Part shown: positions 12,326 to 25,719 of the stretch, piece after piece
Position numbering within the stretch: position 1 is the first letter of the stretch
Layout of the letters: every line of letters begins with the position of its first letter
NCBI RefSeq assembly: GCF_009834535.1
Contig: NC_045696.1
Span: 96,040,001 to 96,104,000 of the forward strand
Direction of reading: 5' to 3'
Length of the DNA stretch: 64,000 bases
Source of the DNA: Camelus ferus
Lineage: Eukaryota
Translations under genes and position numbers: made by a program
Notes under the pieces: model-generated
Database searches by the model: none
Told to the model about the DNA's origin: nothing
Seen by the model: only the letters and a program-made list of their open reading frames with translations

Positions 12326-15300
12326 TGCATTATGAACCGATACTGATTTTGTTTAATGGATCTTAAAACAAACTTTTAACTTAAGGCACTTTTATTTTGC
12401 CAACAAATAACAATGAACATTAAGAGAAAACTATTAACCATAAAATAACAAGTGGCTAATGTACCTGAATTCTTCAGTAAAGAACGGACTGTTTTTTCTT
12501 TCACTAGCATTTGCCTAGTGTCCACCTTCTATCAGTGTAACAGGCATGGCACTGGGGACAGACACAATGGAAAAGATTAAATTTGCAGTCTTGATGTATA
12601 AATATTGTGGTTGGCTTATAAATATTTTACTAAAACCCACAGAAAATAAGCACTGAACTGTTTCGATTATGAGTCACCATTTTGTGCACACTGAAAATTT
12701 TCACTGATGGGGAATACAAAAATGTTTCAGTAACTGCATCTGAAGATAAATGCAGGCTGACTTTCCACGTGGCAGAAGCAGCTTAACACCTGCACATCAT
12801 AAAACATGAAAAGGGACTGATGTCGTCTTTACCCAAATAAACCAATTGAAAAGGTTTCTAAAGTACAGCGAAACTTCTTTGTAACTTCAAAATCAAGCAC
12901 AGGAATCCCTGGTTTGGAACTGTTTATAAGGAAAATTTTCTGAGGAGAAAGCATTGCTTTATGAGCATTTATTCCATTAAGTGATAATCCTTTATGTGAC
13001 GGGGAAATGTTTGGGAAAACCTAGATTTAATACATACAGTGGAGTTTTACAGTACTTAAAATTTTAAATTTGATCAAGCCTACACAAAAATGTTGCTTTT
13101 TGTAATTCACTGAATTTATATTACATGCTTAACTCAACTGGAATTAATTTGGGGGATATCATGATGCATCTTTTATAATTCTAGAGGCTAAGATTTTCCA
13201 GTGTAATTTCTCCAGCATCTATACAACTATTTGCCTATTATTAGAATCATAGGAACCTTAATAAGTGAAAATGAGGAAGAAAATGTCATAGGTCTTGGTC
13301 AGCTGTCTCAGCACACAAAACCAAGAGCTTCATTTGAGATAAACTGGGCAGGGGGTGGTCCACCTCATTGTGTTTTCATCACACACCAACTTTCAGCTCG
13401 CCCCACCTAAGAGGTGACTTGATTGCTACTTTCTCTGCTGTTGGTATCCTGTGGCCACAGGAGGTCAAAGGACACTCGTTCTAACAGTGATCTCATTTTA
13501 CTTCCAGGCCAACAGGAATAAATATGAGGACTAATGTAACCCTAACAGGTATGTATCTAAGTGCCTCTTAAGTCCAACTTTATTCTATTTCAAAGTCTTA
13601 TATCTAAGGGGACCTGGAATCTCCACCATATCTGGAAATAATCTATCTCACCAAGCAAATTACCAGGTTTGGCCAAAGGGCAGGGCTTTCCTTTGTGATC
13701 ATTTTAATGCAAATTAATGCATATTCTTAAAAAAAAAAAAACCCTCAGGAGAGAGGATTAAGTGGGAGGAAATATGATAAGGCTAGGTTGAAACTTCCAG
13801 TTTCTGTCTTTACCATATACAGAGGAAAACCAGTTCTGTTTTTCCTCAACTTTCTGGCAAATCTTCAAATCATAGGGCCTTACCCATATCTTAGCTTCCC
13901 CACCTAAAAAAAAGGACACAACAACAAAAAGGTATGCCCCACAGCTTTCATGTGCAAAATGATTAATGAATTAATTTCACTAACTTCTGCAAAATATAAA
14001 GTGCATACAAATACTATGCAATTACAACACTCATTCGAGAAACAGTATTCCTGACGTCTGCAGTACTGAGCTACAGACACTCAGGGCTCAAGCTGAAAGT
14101 GGCGTTTTACATACCAGTAGCTCTTGAAGTAAAGTAACAATCAGGACAGAACACGACTCTCACTCACTAGGCACAACATTCACGTTTCGGATGTTCTGCC
14201 AAGGCAATCATTATATGATCTATTACTCTGAAGAAAAAAATAACTTCATGAACGCTAAGTGTGATTCTCAAGAGGGAAGGAAAAAAAAAAACCCCAAAAA
14301 CCCTGATATACAAAACTAGCTGAAATGTAAAGATTCACCTTCTGAAAGCAGATAGAATATGTTAATTTAGTGAAAAGAATGGTCTTTAATGTTTTGGCCA
14401 AGTCTTTTCCAGCCCAGAGTAAACACGAAATGAGTAGGCTGGAGGGAAATCATTTCACAGTGTACAAAGCAGTTCACACGGGTGCTGCCACAGCAAAGTA
14501 AGCGGACGTGTATTTGAGGTCATTTGCATGAGTCCAACTTTGCAATGAGTAACTCACCTAGGAAGATATAAATTACTTATATAATGATTTGCAAAGGAAA
14601 TGATCTACTAAGGTTGTACCAGCTGCACTTAAAAAAAAGTAGTTCTACATGGTTTGCTCATTATAGACAAATCTATTCACAGTATGCTCGACTACATTAC
14701 AGGAAAATTTGTATGGCAAAAGAAAATGAATTAACACAGAACATGGGAAAATATCCCCCACATGGTTTAAAATGCCCTGCAATTTTCACATTCAAAATTT
14801 TATGCATCTAAATCTAAAAAAATATCATATGGAATACTCTTAAGTTACACAAACTGATAATAATTTACTGTATTTTTTACTCTAATAGGAGCAAATTACC
14901 ACATACTTGAACAAAGTTAAAATAGTTACTATTTCTTTATAATAAATTTGATGTATAATTTACTTTACTTGTGCTTTTTGCACCAATTTATAAATACAGT
15001 ATATGCAATACACAACCAAGACGGACACCAACATTAATAATTAAATTCAAAATAGCAAATACTTACCATACAAAATAAACATCAAATACATCTCTTATGA
15101 AAACCAGAGCGCTCTGGCCTTGGGGGCCAGATTCTCTGGAAACCATGTCAAGTTTGAGCACTGTGGAACCTCAGGCCAGCTGCGAGATTTTTTTTTTTCT
15201 CAAGTTGGCGTAAAGTTCAGGAGAACCAGAACTGGACAGAGTCATTTTTGCCAAGTCTGGCAATAAGTAATTGGAACAATTCCACTGTGGTTCTCTCGGG

Positions 15301-16083
15301 CCTTTAGAATTTACATGTTGAACCTTCACAAAGACTCTGGTCAATGGTCTCACCACTGAAACAACGTTAGAACAGTTACTTCTTATGGGCTTCCACGTAC
15401 CTTCGGATGGTTCTCACAGAAGCCTTGGTTTTAAGTTCTTGGTCTAAGAAGTTTACGTACTAAGCAAACAATCTGTGTCAGCACCTTTGACCACAGCAAA
15501 AGCAAAGAAAAATCCTATATAAATAAGAACAAAGTTTATAAAGTGCTTATGAGATTACCAACATTTCAAATTAGAGCAATGCAAATTAATGTCCATTTCA
15601 CCACCAAAGGTGAATGCAGAGTAAATGGGTCACTTTCCTGTCAAGATCTGACAAGTCTTTCAAATCAGTAGTTTGGTCTGGCATAGTTTGCCCAAAACAA
15701 AAACAAAAACAAACAAAAAAACCCCTCTTTATCATTAATGAATATGTAAGTATCTTAAATCCACCATAATTCATTCTTTCTATAACTGTGAGATTCAAAA
15801 AAAGCACCAATTTCATAAAGTCTGCTACCAGACTCTTCCTGGAGTAGGCCCACATGATCCATATTTTTCAACCTACTTTAAAGTTGAATCAAACCAAACC
15901 AAACCACACCTTTTCCTTTACTTTCTGTTTAAACGCCTTTGTATTAAATGTAGCATAAAATATAGGAAAACTTCAAAGAAATGAAAGAACAAAGGGATAT
16001 TTCTAAAGATGACTAATGCATTAAATTTGATTTTCTATTTTTCAGTGCAAACACAAAACTTCACGTCTTGTCCTCTTCCAGAT

Positions 16084-16136
16084 TCAGAAGTGTGTAGGGT
16101 GCCCATAGGGAGTCACTCCTTGCTGCGGCTGGTTAC
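16084..16136 (-). CDS. MED12L: MED12L terminal coding exon: (S)NQPQQGVTPYGHPTHF*
   Basis: Acceptor ttctcattag; TGA at 16086-16084; resembles the recalled MED12L C-terminus. Confidence 0.9.
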
Positions 16137-16914
16137 CTAATGAGAAGAAGAAATTCAAATAAAACTGCAGATGCAAAACTGTGCCATAGGTAGACGGTAC
16201 GCTCCCGTCACTGCTTTCAGTTCCAGTCTCACTCGGGAACAGGGGAGCAGACCGACTAGTCAGGGAGTATCACACTAGCCCAGAGACCTCAGTGGCAGGG
16301 TCTTAATACCACAGCGTTATTCATTCTGCAGCAAGGCCAGCTCTGCGTCGGAGTCCCACCCCTGCCAAGGCAGCACAAGGCCTTGGGCTGAGGGTAACTG
16401 GCCATCAGAAATTTCTATCTCAACTAAGAAACAACTTGATGCTCACATACAAAAGGACTGTAAGTATCATAAAATATTCAAAGTTCTCAAAACTTTATAA
16501 AAGCACATCAGAAATTCTACCTTAACACTGACACTGTAACAGGTGAGAGCAAAGCTGCTTGAAGCTGGCCAGTTTTCTGCAAAGGGCTGTAGATCCTTCA
16601 GTGAGAACTGTGCAAGAGTGTGTGCACGTGAGAGTGGCTGTGTGTGTGACATGAGTGTGTGCCTGTGCACGTACGTATGTGTGCACACACAGACTAAATA
16701 AAGAGCAGTGAGGAGGCACAGAAAAATGACACAGGCTTAGAAGTACCTACTGCTTGCCCAGTGCTGGTGGGACTACTCAAATCCAGAGGCCCCACTCACA
16801 GGGAATGACATAAACGGAGCCCTCTGGGCTTGTGCAGAGGGCGGTGCGGCTCAGTTCCTGATATGCAACAAAGGAGGCTGCCAGCACTGCGGATGTCAGG
16901 TGGCAGGATATATA

Positions 16915-17140
16915 ATGTGGCTAAGAGGTGGGCCCTGGGAAGGGGACCATCAGAGTTCAAGTCCCAGCTGCTGGCTGAGTAACCTTGGGCAAACAAGTTA
17001 ATGTCCTCATTCTTCAGTTGTTTCCTCGTCTGTAATAGGGAACAGTAATCATACCTTCTCTCACAGGATGGGTGAGGAATTAAGTGAATTAATACATGTA
17101 AAGTCAGAGTGCCTGGGTCTGAAAAAGTGCTCCAAAAATG
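16915..17140 (+). mobile_element. MIR SINE
   Basis: gagttcaagtcccagct...gtaaccttgggcaa...tttcctcgtctgtaataggg...aattaagtgaattaatacatgtaaag. Confidence 0.8.
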
Positions 17141-18430
17141 ATGGCTTAAAAAAAAAAAAGCTGCCTTTTCTGAGCTGTGGCAAACAGGAACCAAGTGTGC
17201 TCCCCAGATAGGTGCTACTCTGTAAAAATCATGGCTTCACTGAAACAATTTAAAACAGAACAGGTTGTCTCAACCTTAAAATTATATCTTCTCTTTAGCC
17301 ATGGAAAAATGATGAAACAATGAAATTTCAACCACACGTGTTTAGTGGACCACACTGACTGAACAGTCAGTGGAAAAGACTGATTTACATGATTTCACTG
17401 AAATTAAATGAGGAAAATAGCTTTTAAAGGGGGGAAAAAAAGAGACCTTGGTTCTGCTGTGGGAGAGACACAAGGTATAAGGGAGGTATTCCCTCTGCCC
17501 AGGAAGACAACACAGACCGCAGCCAGGCAGAAAGTTCAGACGAGAACCAAGCTGCCCCTCAGTCCTACGCACCCTGACCCACTTCCTTACAATTCCCACC
17601 AGATCCGCACCACTGCCTCAGAGTGCTCTGCTCGTCACTCGGCCTCAGGAGCACAGACTAGAGACCCAGGAGAAACTGCTGGTCCCCCCTCACCGCACGG
17701 AGGAAAATTTGCAGGACCCAGATAACAGCTGTCGAGTTGGCACCAATATTCTTTGTACCAGGGGACACACTCCCACTTCTAAAAGGATGCCCCATCCTGT
17801 GTCTCCAGCACAGGGTAAATGGTTTCACGGGAGCACGAGGTGTGCTGGCACTGAGACGAGGTCTGATGAAACAGGTGGGTGGAACGTACCCTAGAGAGGC
17901 AGCCCGCTGCACAGCGGCAGAACACCGGGGGAACACTGCCCAGAGATGCCGCCTGCCACGTTCTAGGTTTTGATTGCTCCCAGTTGCCATCAGTAAGGGA
18001 AGGATGGCGCCGTGGTTAAGAGTGGTCTCAGCCCTAGTGACCCAGAGATGGGTCTGGTGCTGGCCTCTCTGTATGAGACTTTGAGTGGCCACCGACCCTC
18101 CTGTCAGTAGACTTGAAGGCATCAGCCAAGCTGTTCTCTGGGGCATCTAGCTCTATAAGAAAAGCACCTGGCGTTCCACCAGGGTTTTCCAGATAGAAAG
18201 AAACATTCCCAGATTCAGATGGAAGCAAAAGGAAAACAGCTTCACTGAACTCAAGGAAAAGACTGGGTTTTTTTTTCGCCAGGAAAAGAAGCATTCAAAC
18301 CGAAACCGAACAGAATGAGAAAAACCTGGACCAAATGGGACATGAAAACGGCACCAAGGCCCATGCAGTTTTCAGGGACTGGCTTGTTTTTCATGCCCGG
18401 GAGCCATGTGCTCTGACGGAGGGTACTTAC

Positions 18431-18512
18431 TAGAAAGCTGCTTCTGGAGCTGCCGCACCAGGGCGGCCGTCTGCTGCTGCTGCTGGGTCTGCTGCAAGCC
18501 TTGCCTGGGAAA
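18431..18512 (-). CDS. MED12L: MED12L exon (82 nt): [27 protein letters not shown]
   Basis: Acceptor gattccag, donor gtaagt; conserved MED12-family TAALVRQLQ motif. Confidence 0.93.
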
Positions 18513-19299
18513 CTGGAATCAGGAGGAAGGGGGATCAGCGCCCGTCACAGACAGGGGAAGAAAGTCTGCAACCTGCTTTTGAACTGGTCTTCATCCACGC
18601 CCCGGTCACCACCTGGGCATCATCTGAAAGTGCCCAGTCCCTTCCAAAACCCATCTCAGGGTGGTGACGTGGCATTTCCTGGAAAAGCCCTGAGGAAGGA
18701 GTCCAGCGGCGCCCAGGGGTTTAGATATCCTTGTTACCTCCCCCTTCACCAGGCGGCTGGTTAGTATCACCACGTTACAAACCATGTGCGTCAGCAAAGT
18801 GAAAGCTGTCTGGTGGGAGGGTTTGGTCAAGCACCTCAGGCAGGTCCTGCATGAGAGGAGAGCAGGGGCCTGGGTCTAGGACTCATCTGGACTGTGCCCT
18901 CCGGCCTGATGGAGGATGGAGGCCAGGCAGGGTGAGCCCAGCGAGGCACAGAGGACACACACGTTAAGGAGGCACTCACCCCCAGGGTCGTGAGGTGAGG
19001 GCCCGCGTGCCTGGTTCTAGCCAGTGAACTGATACAATAATCGTGGTGGTTATTCCAAAGGGGGGAAAACCTACCTGGTAGAAGCAAAATTACCTTTGAT
19101 TAAAATCATCAATAGTGCTGATTTACTTTTTTCCCTTACCCTTCAAATTTCACACTGTCACTCTTCTTCCTTCTTTCTTCCCTTCTGTCCCTCCCCCTTC
19201 TTCCTGCCTGGCTTAGGATTGTCGTCACAAAGGATGTGCTCCGATGCAAGGCAAACTTACCCAGATACACATCGGAATTAATGGCACTACTTCCCCACT

Positions 19300-19710
19300 T
19301 ACCTCCACAGCGCCCCCCCCCACCTCTGTTCAGGAGGCTGTGGGTCCAGAGAGCTGACCCCCAGTGGGGCGGGGCACTCCCAGGAGACTGCAGGGCGGGA
19401 GCAGAGTGCAGTCGGGAGGAAGCAGAATAGTTTTTTTTTTTTTTTTTTGCCAATTTCCTCTCTGTTGGGTCGGTACTGGTGGAACTGCATGTCACCCTGG
19501 GACGGCCACGGCTCCTGTCAGCAGCCCTCTCCATTTCTCTCCCTCTTCTTGCCCCACTGGGGCTGGGGGTAGTAACTGCTTCCAGCCCTGGCTGTTTCAT
19601 CACTCCTAGTTTCCCTTAACCCTGCCCATACCTCTACAAACAGTCTTCTAAAAACTCAATAACCCTATACGAGTACGGTATCTATTTCCTCCTCAGAGCT
19701 TGCCAATACG
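19300..19710 (+). mobile_element. Old ERVL-type solo LTR (LTR33-like)
   Basis: 3' part aaccctgcccatacctct...taaaaactc...atctatttcct...aatac resembles the LTR33/LTR16 end; boundaries approximate. Confidence 0.45.
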
Positions 19711-19735
19711 GCTGAAAGTAACCTGGGATTACAGC

Positions 19736-19969
19736 TAGGGTTACTAGATTTAGCAAATGAAAACACAGAATGCCCAGCTAAATGTGAATTTCAGATAAAT
19801 AACAATTTTTTAGTTCTAAGTATGACCCAAATACTGTATGGGACAAATACTGCATTTAGTAGAAGTATGTCCCACACAGTATTTGGGACATAATTCTGCT
19901 AAAGAGTTAATCACTGTTTACCTGAAACTCAAACTAATTGGGAGTCCTGTATTTTATTCGGCAATCCTA
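19736..19969. mobile_element. MER53 palindromic MITE with doubled central hairpin
   Basis: tagggttactagatttagcaaat...gaatttcagataaataac...tatgtccca/tgggacata...gcaatccta. Confidence 0.8.
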
Positions 19970-20039
19970 AATTAGAGGGCAGTGCCAGGTTAATTCGTTT
20001 AAAACCGAATATTTGGCACAGCCATTGGCTCAACTCTTT

Positions 20040-20165
20040 CTCTCCCACTAGACTGTGAGTGACTTCAGGATAAAGACTTGGGCTTATTTCCTGATGCATC
20101 GCTAAGAATGTATCCAGCATTACCAGGTACACAGTAGGTGCTCAGTAAAAATGAACAGAATGATT
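20040..20165 (+). mobile_element. L2 3' end fragment
   Basis: actagactgtgag...acacagtaggtgctcagtaaaaatgaa. Confidence 0.6.
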
Positions 20166-22725
20166 CACTCTAAAGTGTCTTCAATTTCCACATAACAAGA
20201 AAGGTACATTTCCACCAATGTTACTATTTTCCCTGACACAAGGCAGGAAAATAGCACTTTTCCAATTTTTTTTTCTATTGCCCAAGTCAAGAGGAAAAAA
20301 GGAAACAAAAACTCATTTTTCAGACCTGGAAATGTCAGTGCTTTCTTTTCTATTCAGTGGTTTCTATGCTTATTTGGAAATATCACTCGATTTGTTTAAC
20401 AAAACCTAATGTGGTACTAGGTAGTGTTCTAGACTGTACACAGGTACACCTTAGCCAACTTAAATCTGATGTGGTACCAACCATCCTCAGTCTGTCATCC
20501 AAAGTCCTTGTGGCAGATATGTTATAGAATTCAGCGCAGGTCCAATTTACCATGAAATAGTCATAACATACAGACTAAGCAAGGTCTACAACAGTACTCC
20601 ATAATCAAACATTCAATTTCTGCAGCAAAACAGTCCTCTAGAGGTTCTAAAAATCACAGTCTGTGTATGTTGGATCTTCCCTGTTTAAATGTGATAAAGA
20701 GGGAAAGATTTCTCTGAACTCTATCCACACAGGACATGGTCACGGTTTCTCTCAGCTCTGTGCCTTCGCAGACGTTAATCCCTCCTCCGAGAATACCCTT
20801 CCTGCCCCCTTCCCCCTACCCTCATGCCCCTAAAAGTCTTCCTCTTTCAAAGATCAGCTCAAGTTCTCACTGGCTCCCTCAGGCATTTGAAGAGTGAGTC
20901 ATTGCTCCTGTATTCTTAGCACCACACAGATGCCATTACTATCAAACATGGGGTACCAGGACAACTGCCCCTCTCTCTAGTGTTCTGGGTTTTGAGTTTC
21001 TTGGGGGCAGGAGCTGTGCTGTGTTTCTGCTGCAACCACAAGACAAAGCACAGAGCTCAACAATCAGTCAGGTCTAACTCGCCACCACGGCACAGCCACG
21101 TTCCTGCTGAACAGCAGCAACAATAAAAAAACTGATGTATTTTGACTGATCCCTAAATTCCTATTTGGACAACACACATTTACTCAGGAACCTTTAATTT
21201 TTCTACTCAGTCACCACTAAGGCAAAAATGCATCACTAATAATTTCTATTTGAGTAACTGTCACTGAGTCCTTTTTGTCTCAGAACAGCTGCCATCTCGG
21301 GGCTCCCCTTTCAGCAGCAGCAGCAGACACTGACCGATTATCAGCAGCAGGGCTGATTCAGTTAGTGATGGGCCTTCACGCTGCCTCACAGCTGGTTTAC
21401 ATGTCTTGCCTTCCGAACTGTGTTTTCCTTTGCTTATGGATAATGTGTAGAGTTTATTTCCTTCATTGCCAAGACATCCAGTAAATGAGTTGTCCAAATC
21501 CAGGTACTTTTCTGGGTTCCAGGGACACCAAAGTGAGGAAACACAGTCCTTGCCTCCTGACAGCCGAGTCCTGACGCCTGTCACGACACTATCAGGTCGG
21601 CAAGGAACAAAGTACCAAGGCAACATTGACTGCAAACCTGCACTGCCGACTGACAGGCTCCACAGACAGATTCACGCTCCTCTGATGCACAGAACACAAA
21701 GTTTTGCGGAAGAGACCACAGCACCACCCAGGCCCCTCCACTGAGTGCCTGGACAGAAGGACATGTGCTCTGGATGGCACACTCAGGACCAGCAGCCGGT
21801 GGATTTCAGTTTTTACTATGCATTCATTTGCAAGTTAACTAGTAACTTCCACTAAGCGATTTTTTTTTTTTGATCTGCACATAGTTTAAAAAAAAAATTC
21901 AAAGTATCTGTCCTGTTACCACAAATCTCCCAACAAAGTCTTCCCCATCCTCCTGTAAATACTACTCCTTTCCCTTCAAAAAAAGAGAAAAAAAAAATTC
22001 CAAATTTATGCAAAGGAAAGCACCATGGTTCAGTAAAGTTCAATGGACCTAAGTTCTTCCATTCAAAACTTGCAAAGCTTTCTGTTAGCATGTTTTCTGG
22101 CTCATCTGACCAGGACACCCTGAGTGTAAGATGAAAAAAAATGACAGAGCGGGATGGTGTAAACATCATTTTCTTAAAAGCTGGAAGCAGCTTTAAAAGA
22201 CCATAGCCTGCCAACATATTTAGCTGAGTTAATTTAATCATAACAACTCGTATGCTTTAAAAGTATTTTTCAAGTCAAGAATAATAATTTAGGCCAAAAC
22301 TAGAGATGTCAAATATAACTTTCCAGCAAGGGCACCTACTCTCTTTCTAGATGCTCTTGCTTCACGGAAGACAAGTGACTTATGTAAGCAAATGACAACA
22401 CCAGAATTTCATCTGTAAGCACAAGTTTTTCTGACTCTTTCTCTTCACCGAGAAGTTCTCTTTGTTTTCTGATGACACTTTTTGAAAAAGCACCAGTTTC
22501 TGTCCTAAGTTAGCTGTGACTCTTAGGTACACCCTCCACAGCAGTGGTCCCCCTGCCTGCATGGTGTTAATGATCCCTGTCCCGTCCCCCCCCCCCCCCC
22601 CGTGGCCCATGTCAACAAGGAAACAGTCAAAAAGCAGTGAATCAAACCCAAGTGCCTTTCCAGGTCCCCTGCATTCAACCTCCTCCTTCAAGGCTTCCCA
22701 ATCTTCTCACACGCCTCCTGACCTC

Positions 22726-23161
22726 TGTTATGGGTTGAATTATGCTTCCCCCAAATACGCTGGTGTCCTAACCATCAGTACCTCAGACAGTGACTATTTG
22801 GAGGCGGTCTTTACAGAGGTAATCAAGTTACAATGAGGTCATGTGGGTTGGACCTGATGAGTAGTGTCCCTGTAAAGAAAGGGAAGTTTGGACACACACA
22901 CACATACAGGGAGAGCGTCAGGAGAGGATGAGGCTAGAGATCAGGGCGATGTCTCTACGAGACAAGGAGTGTCAAAGATGCCCAGCAAACCTCCAGAAGC
23001 TGGAAGAGAGGCGGGGAGCAGAGTTCCCTCCCAGCTCTCAGTAGAAACCAGCTCCGCCAACACCTGAATCTTGGGCCTCCCGCCTCCAGCCCAGGCATTC
23101 CTGCTGTTTAAGCCACGCCCTCTGCGGTGCTCCCTCAGGACAGCCCCAGCCAACGAGCACA
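22726..23161 (+). mobile_element. MLT1 (MaLR) solo LTR, MLT1B-like
   Basis: Begins tgttatgggttgaatt, ends ...gagcaca; internal gaggtaatcaagtta, ccagaagctggaagagaggc, tgtttaagccac; flanks ACCTC/GCCTC fit a 5-bp target duplication. Confidence 0.85.
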
Positions 23162-25719
23162 GCCTCGCCAGCGCTTCTCCTGCTTTCCAGGTGCCGTGCA
23201 GCCCCTCCGCAGCTTCTGGTGAGTCCAAGCCGCCTGGTGGCAGGGGGCAAGCCTGGCACGTCATCACTGCCTCGGCCAGAGTGCTGGCCTCCCCTCTTAC
23301 GTACTGAGTGCGCGTCTGTCCACTTGTGAGCGTCACCAGACGGCGGGAGGGCACGTCATGGGAGGGCGGTGGCTGTGTCAGCGCTATCGCTTCTCCCCTG
23401 AGACTGCACGGGTGACAGCTCTGAATGAGTCAGAGCTGGTGTCTCTTCAACAGCTAGCTACCGCTGCGGCTCCAGCAAAGAAACAAACAGAATGAAGAAC
23501 CCTGGCCAGTAACAAGAACTGGATCTGCTGGAGACGTTCATAATAAGTACAAATAAATATATTGATAATATATGTAATAAATCTTAGTGGAACTAATGAG
23601 AAGAGGAACAGTACCTAAAGATAAAAAAATATATAAAATTTTTGTTAACATGGCTAAGGCTCCGGTGCTATGGCTGTTCTAAAGATACATCATTAGAATT
23701 TTTTTTCTTATATTTTTTTTTATCATGAGAAGACCAAAAAAGAGCAATAGAATATATATCAAAATATCCCCAAACAGCAGTATTTTTGAAATTGGAAACC
23801 CATCTAAATGTTCGACAGCAGGTGGGGTGGTTACACAAGTAACAGCAGATCAACGGACTGACTTCACCGCTACTTAAAAATTACAAACATGTGGACTATA
23901 TTAATAAACTTAAAAGTCTATATAAATAAGTACACTATAATAAAAATATGCAAAATAAGATGATAAGTGTAAAAATCCAACATCACTGACCATCCCAATA
24001 ACTTCTAATTCTGAAATTACCTGATATCTATCATTTTAAGTGACAGATTTCTTAGCCCATCCCAAGACTTATGACACATCAACATTTCTTAGTACGAGTA
24101 ACTGTTGCCTAGGTGACAATTTGGCACTCGAAATATCAAAGCAAGACACTATGCTTCTCAAGGTAGCTTTTAAAAAATTTCAGCTCAAAAAGAAAAACAG
24201 GTCATAAAAAGCCTACTGTGGATTTTACTACCCATTAGGATTACTGTGAATGAAGGTTTCTGTTTCTGTGGAATGACTTTCCTACGAACACAATGGGGAC
24301 AATCACCTGCGTGACCCGACTTAACCCACTCAATCCCAGGGATGGAAGTATTTTTAGCCAGTGAGAGAAGTACAACACGCTATATTAAACATGTCAATAT
24401 GGTCTTAGAAATCAAAATTGAAGAAGTTTGATATATATTCTTTACACAAAAAACATACTAAATATTAATGAAACTACTAGAATGAGTAGAGAGATACTAA
24501 ATTCCGTTATATTAGACTTGCTTTAATTCTAGTGGAACAGAGGGACAGGGTCTCCTATCAGTTCTGCATAAGCCAGACCTCTGCTTCCAATTCTAACTAA
24601 AAATTTAAAGACAAATTCTACTCCAGCCTATAAATTTAACCTTGTGACAGAATCAAATGTTTATTTTCCCCCTACCCAAACTAACTGTTACATTTCAGGC
24701 ACCTGATGTCCACATCCATTTGTGTTATGCAGCAGGAGTCTCTGAGAATAAAACTGATTTTTATAACCTAAATATTTAATATATTCCTACATGTTATGTT
24801 ATAAATCAACCAACATACTATGTAGTAATAGGTAGATGAAGGTCAAAGAGAAAAACCAATGAAGGTAACTGTTAATGTCTGCTTAACTGCAAGTCAGTAT
24901 TTTTGAAAAGTAAAACTCATCACTTTACGGTGGCGGTTATACATCTGTGTGATTAAATATAACTTTAAGTATATAGGTTAAATGTGCAGAGAGAAAGATT
25001 TTCTTATTATTTGTGAGCCACTTTCGTGTGTATCTTTCATGTACAACGTATTTAACTACATATGTGAATCAAGGGTTAAAAAGCAGCTAAAAATGTGCAA
25101 TATCCTACTGTTATATATTCAAAAGTAACTGAAGAGTCCTACATTTCATGTTTGCTTTCTTGTTAAAGTAGGTGTTACACAACCATTTCTTTATTATCAA
25201 TGGCCAGCCAAAGAAGTTATAATTCTTAAATCAATGGGTTCCTTATACTTATTAGTGAAGTGCTCATTTATGAATCTGCATTAAATCTCTGAAAAGGCAT
25301 TATTATATTACAGCTATTTCCTCAGTACTTTACATACTCCTCTGCTGCTAAAATGATCATTACAGCATAAGAAGTCTTTGTTTTAAGTTAGAAAGAAAAA
25401 AGGCTAAAGATGTGTCTGGTCAACATCAAATATTCCAGACACTCAACATGCCATAATTGGTACATATTCTATCATTTATTTCTTGGCTGCCTGTAAATAC
25501 CACCAGAATGCTTTGCTGTATTCAACAAAAGAGTAGGGTGACTTTAAGCTTCATTACTACTGCCTGATATCATAATATGCCTAGTGGAAAGTGAATTTTA
25601 TAATTGTCAAATTTAATCTGATACCAAATGCAACTACAGAATACTGAGTAAAGCTGGAGAATTTAAACCCTCCCCAGAAGCTGCACATTTTAAAACCAAA
25701 GAGTCAAATGTTAGGCTTC

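Larger units (their letters stand above)
12190..16083 (-). other. MED12L: MED12L 3' UTR (~3.9 kb, distal end inferred)
   Basis: AT-rich, repeat-poor stretch after the MED12L stop with several minus-strand AATAAA signals. Confidence 0.55.

Noticed and set aside
23040..23480. CpG-enriched patch as a CpG-island promoter
   Set aside because: Short, partly inside an MLT1 LTR, with no supported downstream exon
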